Assembly (NCBI GenBank): GCA_031266815.1
Contig: JAISAG010000131.1
Span: 1 to 56,734 of the forward strand
Direction of reading: 5' to 3'
DNA: 56,734 nucleotides
Origin: Burkholderiaceae bacterium
GTDB taxonomy: Bacteria; Pseudomonadota; Gammaproteobacteria; Burkholderiales; Burkholderiaceae_D
Shown here in pieces: positions 10,467 to 20,989 of the stretch. Both the position numbers and the translations under genes were made by a program. The notes beneath the pieces are model-generated. The model was given only the letters and a program-made list of their open reading frames with translations. It did not search any database and was not told where the DNA came from. Positions within the stretch are counted from its first letter, which is position 1, and each line of letters starts with the position of its first letter.

Positions 10467-11402
10467 ATGACACAAAACACCCTGACCATCCAGCGGTTGT
10501 ACGTCGAAAACAGGGAACCCCTGAAGCTGACGTGGGTTGCCGGGCTGGACAGCGGGGAAAACCAGATATCAAGCGAAAGTGCGTCAGCGGCGGACCAGGT
10601 GGGACACCTCAACCTCATCCATCTCGGGCGCATTCAGGTGCTGGGCCGCCAGGAACTGAGCTATTACGACGGGCTTTCACCGGAGTCCAGGGCCTACCTT
10701 ATTCACGAAATTGCTGATCGCCGCCCGCCAGCGCTGGTGGTCGCGCGAGGTCTGGATGTCCCTGCCGATATACAAACCATCTGCCACGCCAATCAGATTC
10801 CGCTGTTCACAACACCCCTGACTGCTGCGGAAGTCATTGATTACCTCCGTGTCTATCTTTCCAAAAAGCTGGCCTTGCGCATCACCATGCACGGCGTCTT
10901 CATGGATGTGCTGGGAGTGGGGGTTTTGATTACAGGAGAATCCGGCCTGGGGAAAAGCGAGCTGGGACTGGAACTGATTACACGCAATCACGGATTGGTC
11001 GCAGACGATGCAGTCGAATTTGCCCGTATCGCCCCCAACGCCATTGAAGGGCGTGCGCCGCCACTTCTGCAAAACTTGCTGGAAGTAAGGGGACTCGGCC
11101 TGCTGGATGTGCGCGCCATCTTCGGCGAAACCGCCGTGCGCCGCAAGATGCAACTCAAACTCATCACGCACCTGATGCGGAGCCGATTCGGCGAGGAAAC
11201 AGGAGAGAGGCTTCCCCTCATTTCGCCTACTCAGGAAGTGCTGGGCATCCCCATTCGCAAAGTTGTCATTCCTGTTGCCGCTGGACGCAATATTGCCGTC
11301 ATGCTGGAGGCAGCCGTGCGCAACACTATTATGCAGTTACGCGGCTTCAATACGCTGGAAGAATTCATGGAACGTCAACGCAAGGCCATGACAGGAGATT
11401 GA
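10467..11402 (+). CDS. hprK: HPr kinase/phosphorylase
   Basis: [16 protein letters not shown] Walker A, LVADD, LEVRGLG. Confidence 0.96.
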   Translation: MTQNTLTIQRLYVENREPLKLTWVAGLDSGENQISSESASAADQVGHLNLIHLGRIQVLGRQELSYYDGLSPESRAYLIHEIADRRPPALVVARGLDVPADIQTICHANQIPLFTTPLTAAEVIDYLRVYLSKKLALRITMHGVFMDVLGVGVLITGESGLGKSELGLELITRNHGLVADDAVEFARIAPNAIEGRAPPLLQNLLEVRGLGLLDVRAIFGETAVRRKMQLKLITHLMRSRFGEETGERLPLISPTQEVLGIPIRKVVIPVAAGRNIAVMLEAAVRNTIMQLRGFNTLEEFMERQRKAMTGD

Positions 11403-11620
11403 TTTCCCTCTCCATGCCTCGCACGGCAACCCATCGTGCTCGGCATACTTTCGTTTTCAGACGCAGGCGCGCCGTCATCCCCCGAACGGAAACGGCACCC
11501 CCGCAACCGATACCGCCCACACAGTCCCGATTACCATATATACTGTGCGGGCATCGGCGTGGTGCAGTTGTCGTTCGGGTTGCGCCCCAACGACAGCAAC
11601 TTGCCCGACCAGGGGAAAAG

Positions 11621-12484
11621 ATGCAGATAATCCTTATTACCGGTATTTCAGGCTCCGGGAAATCGGTCGCCTTGCATGTTTTGGAGGATGCGGGCTACTT
11701 CTGTGTTGACAACCTCCCGCCCAGACTGTTGCCTCAACTGGTAGAAACTTGCCGTCATGACAACACGGCGAAACTGGCTGTCGCCGTGGATTCGCGCAGC
11801 GCCTACTCCCTTTCCGACCTGCCGTCCTGTATACAGGCACTGAAGGAACGGGGATATCCTGTTCGGATACTCTTTCTGACGGCAGACACGCACACGTTGA
11901 TTACCCGTTTTTCCGAGACCAGACGCAGTCACCCTCTGGCAGGACGCACACTGGACGGTCAAACGCCTCTCGACAAAAAAACATTGGTGGAGGCTATCCT
12001 CGCCGAACGGGAAATGATGGGGGAGATTCAATCCGGCGCGCATGTTGTGGATACCTCACACCTTTCAACAAACAAGCTGCGAAACTGGATAATGGAATTT
12101 GCCGAAACGGAGCATACCCCTATTACCCTGCACCTGGAATCTTTCGGATTCAAATTCGGTATCCCGCTGGATGCCGATCTGATGTTTGATGTGCGTAGCC
12201 TGCCCAACCCGCATTACGACCTGAGCCTGCGCCCGCTCACCGGCAAGGATGAACCGGTCGTCCGCTTTTTGCGCGCGCAACCGGAGGTGTCCGAACTGCT
12301 CGCCGACGTACGCCAGTTCATCGAAAAGTGGCTGCCCTCCTACAAGAGAGACCACCGCAGTTACCTGACCATCGCGCTGGGGTGCACGGGGGGAAGGCAC
12401 CGCTCCGTTTACATGATTGAAAAGCTGGCACGGTATTTCCGCCAAACAGAATCCGTGCTGGTCAGGCACCGGAATTTGGACTGA
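11621..12484 (+). CDS. rapZ: RNase adapter RapZ
   Basis: ITGISGSGKS, GYFCVDNLP, RFSETRRSHPL, SFGFKFGIP, GCTGGRHRSV; AGGGG RBS. Confidence 0.95.
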   Translation: MQIILITGISGSGKSVALHVLEDAGYFCVDNLPPRLLPQLVETCRHDNTAKLAVAVDSRSAYSLSDLPSCIQALKERGYPVRILFLTADTHTLITRFSETRRSHPLAGRTLDGQTPLDKKTLVEAILAEREMMGEIQSGAHVVDTSHLSTNKLRNWIMEFAETEHTPITLHLESFGFKFGIPLDADLMFDVRSLPNPHYDLSLRPLTGKDEPVVRFLRAQPEVSELLADVRQFIEKWLPSYKRDHRSYLTIALGCTGGRHRSVYMIEKLARYFRQTESVLVRHRNLD

Positions 12485-13565
12485 CAGCGTTTGCGTGTGC
12501 CCGCAAAAGCAATTTTTTGACAGGAGCGGGGAGTGGCGCTGTTGCTGTCCGATCCAGCGCGTACCAGACATATTCCGCATCGTTGGCGAGCGAAATGGCG
12601 GAGGACATGCGGAACAATATCGGCGTAACATGCAGGCGAAAATGCGTGAACGTGTGCACAAAATTGTTCCACCGCTCTTCCTCTGCAATACCACCGAAAC
12701 AGGTGGCCCATTGCCTCATTTCCGCTGCCCCCTCCCTGCCCGCACGCACCTCCTCCTCAGGCAGGGAAAACAAGCCTCCCCATATTCCCGAATCGGGGCG
12801 TTTTTTCAGGAGAATGCTTCCCCGATAGACCAGCAGCGCCATCACAACCTGTTTTTGCGGGAGTGCTCTGGATGGCTTTCTTGTCGGCAAAGCGGAAACA
12901 CTGTCTTCTGCCAGCGCGACACAGCGATCTGCAAAAGGACAGCGCTCACATGCAGGCCGTACGCGGGTACACAGCGTGGCGCCCACATCCATCAGGCCCT
13001 GTGTGTAAGCCTTCACATTCCTGCCAGGCAACAGCAATTCGGCTTGTTGCCACAACCGCTCTTTCGTCACACGGGTTCCCGCATACCCGTCAATGCCAAA
13101 CAGACGGGAAAAAAAACGTACGACATTGCCATCCAGGATAGGCGCCCTGATGTTGCAGGAAAAAACAACAATAGCAGACGCGGTCGAACGACCAATCCCT
13201 GGTAATTGTGCCAACGCGTGTGCATCCATTGGGAACCGTCCGCCGTATTTCTGAACGATAACCTTGGCGCAACGATGCAGATGACGCGCCCTGGCGTAGT
13301 AACCCAGCCCACTCCACAATGCCATCACTTCCTCATGCTCCGCTTCGGCAAGCGCGCAAACATTCGGGAAACGTCTCAAAAAACGTGTGTAGTAGGGAAC
13401 CACTGTCGCAACCTGCGTCTGTTGCAACATGATCTCAGAAAGCCATATCCTGTAGGCAGAGCGCGTCTTCTGCCACGGCAGCCCATGCCTTCCGTGCTGC
13501 TTTTGCCAGGCAATCAGTATGCGCGCGAAATCAAATGCCGTTGCCTTCTCTGTCCGTTTGGTCAT
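12462..13565 (-). CDS. mutY: A/G-specific adenine glycosylase
   Basis: WLSEIMLQQTQV, WSGLGYYARAR, LPGIGRSTA, DGNV, Cx6Cx2Cx5C Fe-S motif, HTFTHF; 3' end overlaps rapZ by 23 bp. Confidence 0.95.
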   Translation of the reverse strand: MTKRTEKATAFDFARILIAWQKQHGRHGLPWQKTRSAYRIWLSEIMLQQTQVATVVPYYTRFLRRFPNVCALAEAEHEEVMALWSGLGYYARARHLHRCAKVIVQKYGGRFPMDAHALAQLPGIGRSTASAIVVFSCNIRAPILDGNVVRFFSRLFGIDGYAGTRVTKERLWQQAELLLPGRNVKAYTQGLMDVGATLCTRVRPACERCPFADRCVALAEDSVSALPTRKPSRALPQKQVVMALLVYRGSILLKKRPDSGIWGGLFSLPEEEVRAGREGAAEMRQWATCFGGIAEEERWNNFVHTFTHFRLHVTPILFRMSSAISLANDAEYVWYALDRTATAPLPAPVKKLLLRAHANAVSPNSGA

Positions 13566-13606
13566 AATACACAATTCGTATTGCTGTTCCTGTCGCAAGG
13601 TATCCC

Positions 13607-14236
13607 ATGACGTCATTACCCCGATTTACCCCATGCTGTCTCGCCGTCTTGCTCGCACTCGCCAGCAGCGGCTGCAGCATGCTGTCTCCCGATGACAGTA
13701 TATCGGCATATCCTGTTGCGGCATGCGGTGACACTTTCCTGCTTTCCGGCAGAATCGCCATCCGATACCAACGCAACGGAAAAGAGGAAAACCTGCACGG
13801 GCAATTTCGGTGGACGCAATCGTCTGGACGAATCCGCATTGATCTTGGTACCCCTATGGGAACGACCCTCGCAAGTCTTTCCGTTGATCCCACTCGCGCG
13901 ACCCTTGTCATTCCCCAGCGAAAGCAAATTGACACAGCAGACACTGCGGAACAGCTTACCCGACAAAAATTGGGATGGACATTACCCGCATCCAGCATGC
14001 AGTACTGGCTTCAGGGATGCGCAACAGATGATAATGGCTCTGCTTTTCTTGCGACACCCCGTCAAAACGAAGTAACAACAGCACAGGGCTGGCACATCCA
14101 CTATGCAGACTGGATGCGCGTTGACGAAACACGCATCCGCCCCAGGCGGATCGACATTGCGTACCTCCCGCCCGAATCGCAGGAGGCAGAAGCGGAAATC
14201 CATATTCACATCATTGCCGATACATGGCAGGATTGA
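13607..14236 (+). CDS. lolB: Outer-membrane lipoprotein insertase LolB
   Basis: Lipobox-like ASSGC, GRIAIRY, F.W.Q, LGWTLP...YWLQG, QGWHIHY; directly upstream of ispE. Confidence 0.85.
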   Translation: MTSLPRFTPCCLAVLLALASSGCSMLSPDDSISAYPVAACGDTFLLSGRIAIRYQRNGKEENLHGQFRWTQSSGRIRIDLGTPMGTTLASLSVDPTRATLVIPQRKQIDTADTAEQLTRQKLGWTLPASSMQYWLQGCATDDNGSAFLATPRQNEVTTAQGWHIHYADWMRVDETRIRPRRIDIAYLPPESQEAEAEIHIHIIADTWQD

Positions 14237-14239
14237 GCC

Positions 14240-15133
14240 ATGCCCCGCACACTCAACGACTGCCCCGCACCCGCCAAAATCAATCTTTTCCTGCATATCA
14301 CCGGACAACGTGAAGATGGCTATCATCTCTTGCAAACGGTTTTTCAGTTGATTGACTTCTGCGATACCCTGCATTTCAGCGAAAGACCAGATGGAATCAT
14401 CCGGCGCACGACCACATTGCCCGACATCCCCGAAGCAACCGACCTGACCGTCCGGGCAGCACAACTCTTGCAGTCTGAACTGATGCGGCAAACAGGCAGA
14501 AAACCTGGAGCAGATATCGTCATCGAAAAACACTTGCCCATAGGGGGAGGGCTCGGAGGCGGATCATCCGATGCGGCAACAACCTTGCTCGCCCTAAACC
14601 AGCTGTGGCAATGCCATTTTTCCCGCGCACAACTGATGAAATTGGGGGTACAGTTGGGGGCGGATGTTCCTTTTTTTCTTCTCGGGCAAAACGCTTTTGC
14701 TGAAGGAATCGGAGAAATTCTCACCCCCATAGACACCCCGCTTTCCTGGTTTATCTTGATAGACCCGCGCGTGCCGGTGCCTACCGCCCGCATCTTTGCA
14801 TCCGAAGATTTGACAAGAAACACGGAAGTGGTCACAATGCCTGATTTCCTTGGCGGCATTCGCAATGAGGAAATGTGGGGCAGGAATGACTTGCAATCTG
14901 TGGCGGAGAAACAGTACCCCGCCATTGCTTCTGCTGTCAGGTGGTTAAACCGGTACGCTCCCGCCAGAATGACCGGGTCGGGCGCTTGTGTTTTTGCGCG
15001 GGCAAGCAGTGAACAGGAAGCAGACAGAATTGTCCTTGAGGTGCCTGTCGGCTGGAAGGGCTGGAAGGCCAGGGGCTTGGGAACACACCCGCTTGACGCC
15101 CGGTTGTCCGCCTGCACAAACCGCCAGGCATGA
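14240..15133 (+). CDS. ispE: 4-diphosphocytidyl-2-C-methyl-D-erythritol kinase
   Basis: APAKINLFLHI, PIGGGLGGGSSDAA, LGADVPFF, MTGSGACVF. Confidence 0.96.
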   Translation: MPRTLNDCPAPAKINLFLHITGQREDGYHLLQTVFQLIDFCDTLHFSERPDGIIRRTTTLPDIPEATDLTVRAAQLLQSELMRQTGRKPGADIVIEKHLPIGGGLGGGSSDAATTLLALNQLWQCHFSRAQLMKLGVQLGADVPFFLLGQNAFAEGIGEILTPIDTPLSWFILIDPRVPVPTARIFASEDLTRNTEVVTMPDFLGGIRNEEMWGRNDLQSVAEKQYPAIASAVRWLNRYAPARMTGSGACVFARASSEQEADRIVLEVPVGWKGWKARGLGTHPLDARLSACTNRQA

Positions 15134-15145
15134 CAACCTGTGTAC

Positions 15146-15222
15146 AGGGGAATCGCCAAGATGGTTAAGGCACTGGATTTTGATTCCAGCATGCGAAGGT
15201 TCGAATCCTTCTTCCCCTGCCA
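15146..15222 (+). tRNA. tRNA-Gln (UUG)
   Basis: Acceptor AGGGGAA/TTCCCCT, anticodon arm CTGGA-TTTTGAT-TCCAG, GGTTCGAATCC T-loop, encoded CCA; canonical ispE-tRNA-Gln-prs order. Confidence 0.97.
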
Positions 15223-15304
15223 CCTCGACATTGCCTGTCCGTGAAAAGCACGATCCCGCCGCAAAAAGAAAACGTCTGACAATCACACTATCGCAGGAAC
15301 GATT

Positions 15305-16279
15305 ATGCCGGATACCGAATTGATGCTTTTTACCGGAAATGCCAACCCCGCGCTGGCATCCAGTGTCGCCAGCAAGTTGGGTATTCCCTTGGGGAAAGCA
15401 CTGGTTTCCCGATTTTCCGACGGAGAGGTCACCGTCGAAATCAATGAGAATGTGCGGGGAAAAGAAACTTTCGTCATGCAATCCACCTGCACCCCGACCA
15501 ATGACAACCTGATGGAAATCCTGCTGATGGTGGATGCACTGAAAAGAGCTTCCGCAAGGCGCATTACCGCAGTTATTCCCTACTTTGGCTACGCACGGCA
15601 AGACAGAAGACCCCGCTCGACACGCGTTGCCATTTCGGCAAAAGTCGTTGCCAACATGCTCGAAAAAGTCGGGGTTGACCGCGTTCTGATTATGGACGTA
15701 CACGCCGACCAGATACAGGGCTTCTTTGATATTCCCGTTGACAACATTTATGCGTCACCCGTCCTGCTGCGTGATCTGGCAAAAAAAAATTACAGGGATC
15801 TGCTCGTTGTTTCGCCTGATGTGGGCGGTGTCGTCCGTGCACGGGCACTGGCGAAAAGCCTCGTCTGCGACCTTGCCATCATTGACAAACGCCGCCCGCG
15901 CGCAGGTGTTGCCGAAATTATGAACATCATCGGTGATGTCCGGGGGCGCAATTGCGTCATCATGGACGATATGGTGGACACAGCCGGCACACTGACGACC
16001 GCCGCAGATATGCTCAAGGAACACGGCGCAAAAATGGTTGTAGCATACTGCACCCACCCCGTCCTTTCCGGACCTGCCGTGGAGCGTATTCACAATTCGA
16101 CTCTGGACGAACTGGTTGTCACCGATACCATCCCGCTATCTCCTGCCGCCAGACATTGCGCCAAAATACGCCAGGTTTCCTGTGCCGAACTGCTGGCAGA
16201 AACCATTCGACGCATCAGCACCGGAGATTCTGTCATGACCTTCTTTAAGGAAGCAGAAGAACTGCAGATCGAAATCTGA
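15305..16279 (+). CDS. prs: Ribose-phosphate pyrophosphokinase
   Basis: [36 protein letters not shown]. Confidence 0.97.
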   Translation: MPDTELMLFTGNANPALASSVASKLGIPLGKALVSRFSDGEVTVEINENVRGKETFVMQSTCTPTNDNLMEILLMVDALKRASARRITAVIPYFGYARQDRRPRSTRVAISAKVVANMLEKVGVDRVLIMDVHADQIQGFFDIPVDNIYASPVLLRDLAKKNYRDLLVVSPDVGGVVRARALAKSLVCDLAIIDKRRPRAGVAEIMNIIGDVRGRNCVIMDDMVDTAGTLTTAADMLKEHGAKMVVAYCTHPVLSGPAVERIHNSTLDELVVTDTIPLSPAARHCAKIRQVSCAELLAETIRRISTGDSVMTFFKEAEELQIEI

Positions 16280-16322
16280 CAAAGTCTCAAACAACTTTTT
16301 TCGGGTGAAGACCCGCATTCTG

Positions 16323-16344
16323 GCGGTTCTGGTCGCGGAACCGC
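16323..16344 (+). promoter_or_regulatory. Candidate rplY (bL25) leader hairpin
   Basis: GCGGTTCT-GGTCGC-GGAACCGC stem-loop about 45 nt before the rplY ATG. Confidence 0.45.
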
Positions 16345-16387
16345 AATAACTACGGGACGCAAGTCCTGATTTTGGGAGAACATTTAC

Positions 16388-16999
16388 ATGAAAATTAGCG
16401 CACTGTTACGAACAGAACAGGGGACCGGAGCGAGCCGCCGCCTGCGCAATGCCGGGGTAACCCCCGGTATTGTTTACGGTGGAAACGAAGCGCCGAAAAA
16501 CATCAAGCTGGACCATAACGCCCTCTACCACGCACTGCGGCGAGAAGCTTTCCATTCCTCCATTCTGGATATGGAAATTGAGGGTAAAACGGAAAAGGTC
16601 TTGCTGCGCGACTACCAGATGCACGCCTACAGGCAACAAGTCCTGCATATTGACTTTCAGCGTGTGCGCGCCGACCAGCCCATCCACGTCAAGGTGCCAT
16701 TGCATTTCACGAACGGGGACAACTCGCCCGCCGTCAAGAGCGCGGGAGCACTTGTTCACCACGCGGTTACCGAACTGGATATTTCCTGTCTGCCAGCAAA
16801 TCTGCCGGAATACATCAATGTGGACCTTTCCGCGCTGGAAGTGGGTCAAACCATCCATTTGTCCGATCTGGCATTCCCCAAAGGAGTCAGCCCGGTCAGC
16901 CAGGATATTGCCATGACTATCGTTTCGGTATCCGCCCCTGCCGATGCAGAGCCGGCAGCAAAAGCGAGCGACACCGAAGAGAAGCCGAAAAGCGAGTGA
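16388..16999 (+). CDS. rplY: 50S ribosomal protein bL25/Ctc
   Basis: [38 protein letters not shown]-terminal Ctc domain. Confidence 0.96.
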   Translation: MKISALLRTEQGTGASRRLRNAGVTPGIVYGGNEAPKNIKLDHNALYHALRREAFHSSILDMEIEGKTEKVLLRDYQMHAYRQQVLHIDFQRVRADQPIHVKVPLHFTNGDNSPAVKSAGALVHHAVTELDISCLPANLPEYINVDLSALEVGQTIHLSDLAFPKGVSPVSQDIAMTIVSVSAPADAEPAAKASDTEEKPKSE

Positions 17000-17010
17000 A
17001 TCTTTCCATG

Positions 17011-17040
17011 AAAAAAAACCGCCTGCAGGCGGTTTTTTTT
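17011..17040. terminator. Bidirectional intrinsic terminator between rplY and pth
   Basis: Perfect 30-bp palindrome AAAAAAAACCGCCTGCAGGCGGTTTTTTTT between convergent genes. Confidence 0.9.
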
Positions 17041-17642
17041 CATGCGGCATCCTGAGGCGCCGTATGCAGTACCTGCATTGCCATGTCAAAACGAGCCTCG
17101 CATAGCAATGGAATGATTTCGATGCTCCGGGAAATGGCGTGGTTGATCAGATTCTGCTCTTCGTGACGGGGGCGCTGCAACACAAAATCAATCACGGCCA
17201 TGTTCAAATTGTTGTCCCGGGGATGACCAATACCCAGTCGCAAGCGCCAAAAATCCCCGTTTCCCAGAGAGGAAACCACATCTTTCAAGCCATTATGTCC
17301 ACCCGTTGAGCCCCCCTTTTTCAGCCTTGCCGTCCCGGGAGGAATGTCCAGCTCGTCATGCACAATCAGTATCTGATCCAATTCAATCCGGTAAAAGCGG
17401 GCAAATGCGGCAACCGCCCGACCGGAACGGTTCATGTAAGTCTGCGGTTTGACGAGCCAGACATCCTGACCGGCAACGTGCACTTTTCCCACCTGGGAGA
17501 AAAAGCGGGATTCCTTTTTCATTGTTCCGGCGTGATACGCCTGTGCCACATTGTCCAGTGTCCAGAATCCGGCGTTATGGCGTGTCTGCTCATACTCCTG
17601 CCCGGGATTACCCAAGCCCACAATAAGGCGAATTGCACTCAT
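17040..17642 (-). CDS. pth: Peptidyl-tRNA hydrolase
   Basis: [47 protein letters not shown]. Confidence 0.96.
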   Translation of the reverse strand: MSAIRLIVGLGNPGQEYEQTRHNAGFWTLDNVAQAYHAGTMKKESRFFSQVGKVHVAGQDVWLVKPQTYMNRSGRAVAAFARFYRIELDQILIVHDELDIPPGTARLKKGGSTGGHNGLKDVVSSLGNGDFWRLRLGIGHPRDNNLNMAVIDFVLQRPRHEEQNLINHAISRSIEIIPLLCEARFDMAMQVLHTAPQDAA

Positions 17643-17865
17643 AAAAAACAACCTTCCCTCGCCGTAACAATCTCTTGCCCTGTTACCCGTTGCTTTGACA
17701 GGCGGACTCCGACGCAGTGGGTATGCACCGCCCGGAACAAACACCCCGTCGAGCCACACGGAAAAAGTAACGAAAGCATCCAGCGCCCCGCAAAAACAAC
17801 CTGATTTCCTGCACGCAGAGATAAAGCGCCTTTCCATCCCGCGCAAGGGAATTCATGCCGACTCG

Positions 17866-18222
17866 TCAGTATTTTCCTGCCTGCACAAGAATCCACGGTT
17901 TGACAACGACTGTCCACAACACCGTATCGGCATCAAACCACGCTTGTGCCTGCCCATCGGTCACTCTTCCGATTTGGCCCCCTCCAAGCAAGCGGGACAC
18001 CTGGGCAACATCATCCACCGCCATCATGACCGCGACGCGGACCATGTCCACATCACGGGTAACCGAAATGATATTTCCCGACGCAAAATAACGTTGCAAC
18101 TCCCGCCACGGCATAGTCGCCGTTTCCAAATTCAGCTTGGCATACAGGACTTCCCGCTCCTGCGCGGATGCATTCACAAAACGGCTCCCGTCAATAGTAC
18201 GGCGATTTTTCGGGCACAGCAT
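17866..18222 (-). CDS. DUF2288-like protein (start uncertain)
   Basis: YAKLNLETATMPWRELQRYFASG and LWTVVVKPWILVQ match the recalled DUF2288 pattern. Confidence 0.75.
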   Translation of the reverse strand: MLCPKNRRTIDGSRFVNASAQEREVLYAKLNLETATMPWRELQRYFASGNIISVTRDVDMVRVAVMMAVDDVAQVSRLLGGGQIGRVTDGQAQAWFDADTVLWTVVVKPWILVQAGKY

Positions 18223-18237
18223 ACCACGACTTGCCTT

Positions 18238-20283
18238 TCATTTAAGCAAGGCCATCAGGTTGGCAATACGCTCCTGCGAGGTCAGTTCAGAATCTCTGCC
18301 GAAAGGCGATTGCTGCTCATCCAGCCGCATCTCATCGATAAAGCGTGACCGCTCACACGAGCGCGTTTTCGAACCTCTTTTCCTTTTTTTGCACCAGCTA
18401 ATCTGCAAGCTGCGTTTCGCCCGCGTAATGCCTACATACATCAGGCGGCGCTCCTCCTCAATCCGTCCGCCATTTGACGAAATCGGGGCATCCGCGTCTC
18501 CGTGGTGGGGAAGCAACCCCTCCTCAACGCCAACCAGGTACACATGAGAAAATTCCAATCCCTTCGCCGCGTGAAGCGTGGACAATCGCACAGCGTCCCG
18601 CTCCCCTTCCTGATTTTCCAGCATGGTCATTAGCGATACCATCTGTGTCAATTCCAGCAAATTCTTTTCTGCGACACCAGCCGCCCTATCTCCTTTTGCC
18701 CGCTCTTTCAGCCAACCGGTAAAATCAGTGACATTGCCCCACTTTGCCCTGGCGGCCTTTTCGTCGAAACAGTCGTAGAGCCAGGCCTCATACCCTGTTT
18801 CCTGTATCATTTCATCCAGCAGCGCTGCCGCACCATCACCACGGCTTCCTGCACCCGGACGGGCGGCGCGTAGCGCAATCTGTCCGATGAAATCACAAAA
18901 CTGCCGCAAAGGTTGCAGCTGACGCGGAGCGATCCTGTCGGCGACTTCTTCCCTGTAAACCGCATCAAACAAGGCGCACTGGCACTCTCCGGCAAATTGC
19001 CCCAAGAGAGACAAAGTCGCCTGCCCCACCCCTCTTCTAGGCGTTGTAAGCGCGCGAATGAAGGCGGGGTCATCCGCATTGTTGGCAATCAGTCGCAAAT
19101 AACTCACCACATCCCGAATCTCCGCACGCGAGAAAAAACTCTGCCCACCGGAGACGCTGTAAGGAATCCGCTCCTTCCTCAGGGCGGTCTCAAGCAGGCG
19201 TGACTGATGGTTGCCGCGATACAGGATAGCGTAGTCGGAAAACGATGTCTTGCGCTCAAAACGGTGTGCCGACAAAGATATGGCTATTTGCTCTGCCTCT
19301 TGTTCTTCATTCTCCATGGGCGTCACCTTGACGGGATCCCCTGGCCCCAAATCGGACCACAACTCTTTATCGAACAACTTGGGGTTGTGGCTGATCACGG
19401 CATTCGCCGCCTGGAGAATGCGTGTGGAAGAGCGATAGTTCTGCTCAAGGCGAATCAGCTTCAGATCGGGGAAATCCTCTTTCAGCAAGGTCATATTTTC
19501 CAGGGAAGCGCCACGCCAGGCGTAAATGGATTGGTCATCATCGCCCACTGCCGTAAACAGGGATTTTTTCCCCGGCCCCGTCACCAGCAGCTTCATAAGC
19601 ATGTACTGGCAAATGTTCGTGTCCTGATATTCATCCACCAGCAGGTAGCGCAACTGCCGCTGCCACTTGTCTCGCACGGCACAGTATTCCCGAAACAACG
19701 TGACAGGCAAAAGAATCAGGTCATCAAAATCTACCGACTGGTACGCCCGCAGCGTTGCCACATAGTCACGGTAGATTCGGGCCGCCTGTGCCTCGTCCTC
19801 ACTCTCTGCCCCGCTCAGAGCGGAATCCGGCTCAACCAGACGGCCTTTCCAGGACGAAATGCAGGACTGTACCCGCCTGGCGAGCGATTTGTCCGTCGTG
19901 ACGATCATGTTCTGGATCAGCGACAGGCAATCGTCGCTGTCCATGATGGAAAAACGCTCCTTCAACCCGAGCAAACGGGCATCCTGACGCAACATCTGTA
20001 CGCCCAGGGCATGAAATGTGCAAACTAACAAACGGCCCGCCTGACGCGAGTCCGTCAACAAATGTGATACCCGCTCTCTCATTTCCGATGCAGCCTTGTT
20101 CGTAAAGGTCAACGCGGCGATATGCTGTGCCTCGTACATGCCGGCTTCAACCAGATGCGCCATCTTCCGGGCGATGACCCGCGTCTTGCCAGACCCCGCA
20201 CCCGCAATGACCAGGCAAGGTCCTTCAACATGGCGCACCGCGTCGCGTTGCGGCTGATTTAAGTCGAACAGAAAACGGCTCAT
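18238..20283 (-). CDS. rep: SF1 DNA helicase, Rep/UvrD family (Rep-like)
   Basis: AGAGSGKT, TFTNKAA, VDEYQD, VGDDDQSIYAWRG, LEQNYRS, TLHAAKGLEF, EERRLMYVGITRA; no UvrD C-terminal tail. Confidence 0.85.
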   Translation of the reverse strand: MSRFLFDLNQPQRDAVRHVEGPCLVIAGAGSGKTRVIARKMAHLVEAGMYEAQHIAALTFTNKAASEMRERVSHLLTDSRQAGRLLVCTFHALGVQMLRQDARLLGLKERFSIMDSDDCLSLIQNMIVTTDKSLARRVQSCISSWKGRLVEPDSALSGAESEDEAQAARIYRDYVATLRAYQSVDFDDLILLPVTLFREYCAVRDKWQRQLRYLLVDEYQDTNICQYMLMKLLVTGPGKKSLFTAVGDDDQSIYAWRGASLENMTLLKEDFPDLKLIRLEQNYRSSTRILQAANAVISHNPKLFDKELWSDLGPGDPVKVTPMENEEQEAEQIAISLSAHRFERKTSFSDYAILYRGNHQSRLLETALRKERIPYSVSGGQSFFSRAEIRDVVSYLRLIANNADDPAFIRALTTPRRGVGQATLSLLGQFAGECQCALFDAVYREEVADRIAPRQLQPLRQFCDFIGQIALRAARPGAGSRGDGAAALLDEMIQETGYEAWLYDCFDEKAARAKWGNVTDFTGWLKERAKGDRAAGVAEKNLLELTQMVSLMTMLENQEGERDAVRLSTLHAAKGLEFSHVYLVGVEEGLLPHHGDADAPISSNGGRIEEERRLMYVGITRAKRSLQISWCKKRKRGSKTRSCERSRFIDEMRLDEQQSPFGRDSELTSQERIANLMALLK

Positions 20284-20343
20284 CAGAAAGGCAGGAGAAA
20301 AAGGGCGTGCCATTATAGCAGGGCGTGCCAACAGACCAACACT

Positions 20344-20371
20344 CTTGCAATTTGGAAAAACACCTCCATAT
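20344..20371 (+). promoter_or_regulatory. Sigma32 (RpoH)-type promoter of hslVU
   Basis: CTTGCA-N14-CTCCATAT versus consensus CTTGAA-N13-17-CCCCATnT, upstream of heat-shock genes. Confidence 0.7.
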
Positions 20372-20423
20372 CAGGCAAAATAGGGGTTCATCTGTGACAG
20401 TACACAGATCGTTCGGGAGGGGC

Positions 20424-20960
20424 ATGGAACAATTTCACGGTACCACCATTCTGTCTGTCCGCCGCGGCAATCAGGTTGCCATAGGTGGAGATGGACAGGT
20501 CACGTTGGGCAATGTCGTCATCAAGGGCACTGCCCGCAAGGTGCGCAAGGTCTATCATGATCGGGTGCTGGTCGGATTTGCCGGCGGCACTGCGGACGCT
20601 TTCACGTTGCTGGAGCGCTTTGAGGCCAAGCTGGAAAAACACCAGGGCAATCTGCTCCGCTCGGCTGTTGAGCTGGCGAAGGATTGGAGAACGGACCGCA
20701 TCCTGCGACGACTGGAAGCCATGCTCATTGTTGCAGACAAGGAATCCACCCTGGTTATTACCGGAAACGGAGATGTGCTTGAGCCGGAAGAGGGGGTTGG
20801 CGCCATCGGCTCCGGCGGGGCATACGCACAATCTGCAGCACTGGCGCTACAACGCCATACAGACCTTCTCCCTGCTGAAATTGTGGAAAAAGGACTGCGC
20901 ATCGCGAGTGAACTCTGCATATACACCAATATGAGCCACATTATCGAAACGCTGGAATAA
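20424..20960 (+). CDS. hslV: ATP-dependent protease peptidase subunit HslV
   Basis: [35 protein letters not shown]. Confidence 0.97.
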   Translation: MEQFHGTTILSVRRGNQVAIGGDGQVTLGNVVIKGTARKVRKVYHDRVLVGFAGGTADAFTLLERFEAKLEKHQGNLLRSAVELAKDWRTDRILRRLEAMLIVADKESTLVITGNGDVLEPEEGVGAIGSGGAYAQSAALALQRHTDLLPAEIVEKGLRIASELCIYTNMSHIIETLE

Positions 20961-20989
20961 TTTTCCCCTCTTGCCCGCACATACTCATT

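Noticed and set aside
14344-15282. 312-aa ORF antisense to ispE and tRNA-Gln
   Set aside because: Runs across a clear tRNA and ispE; spurious
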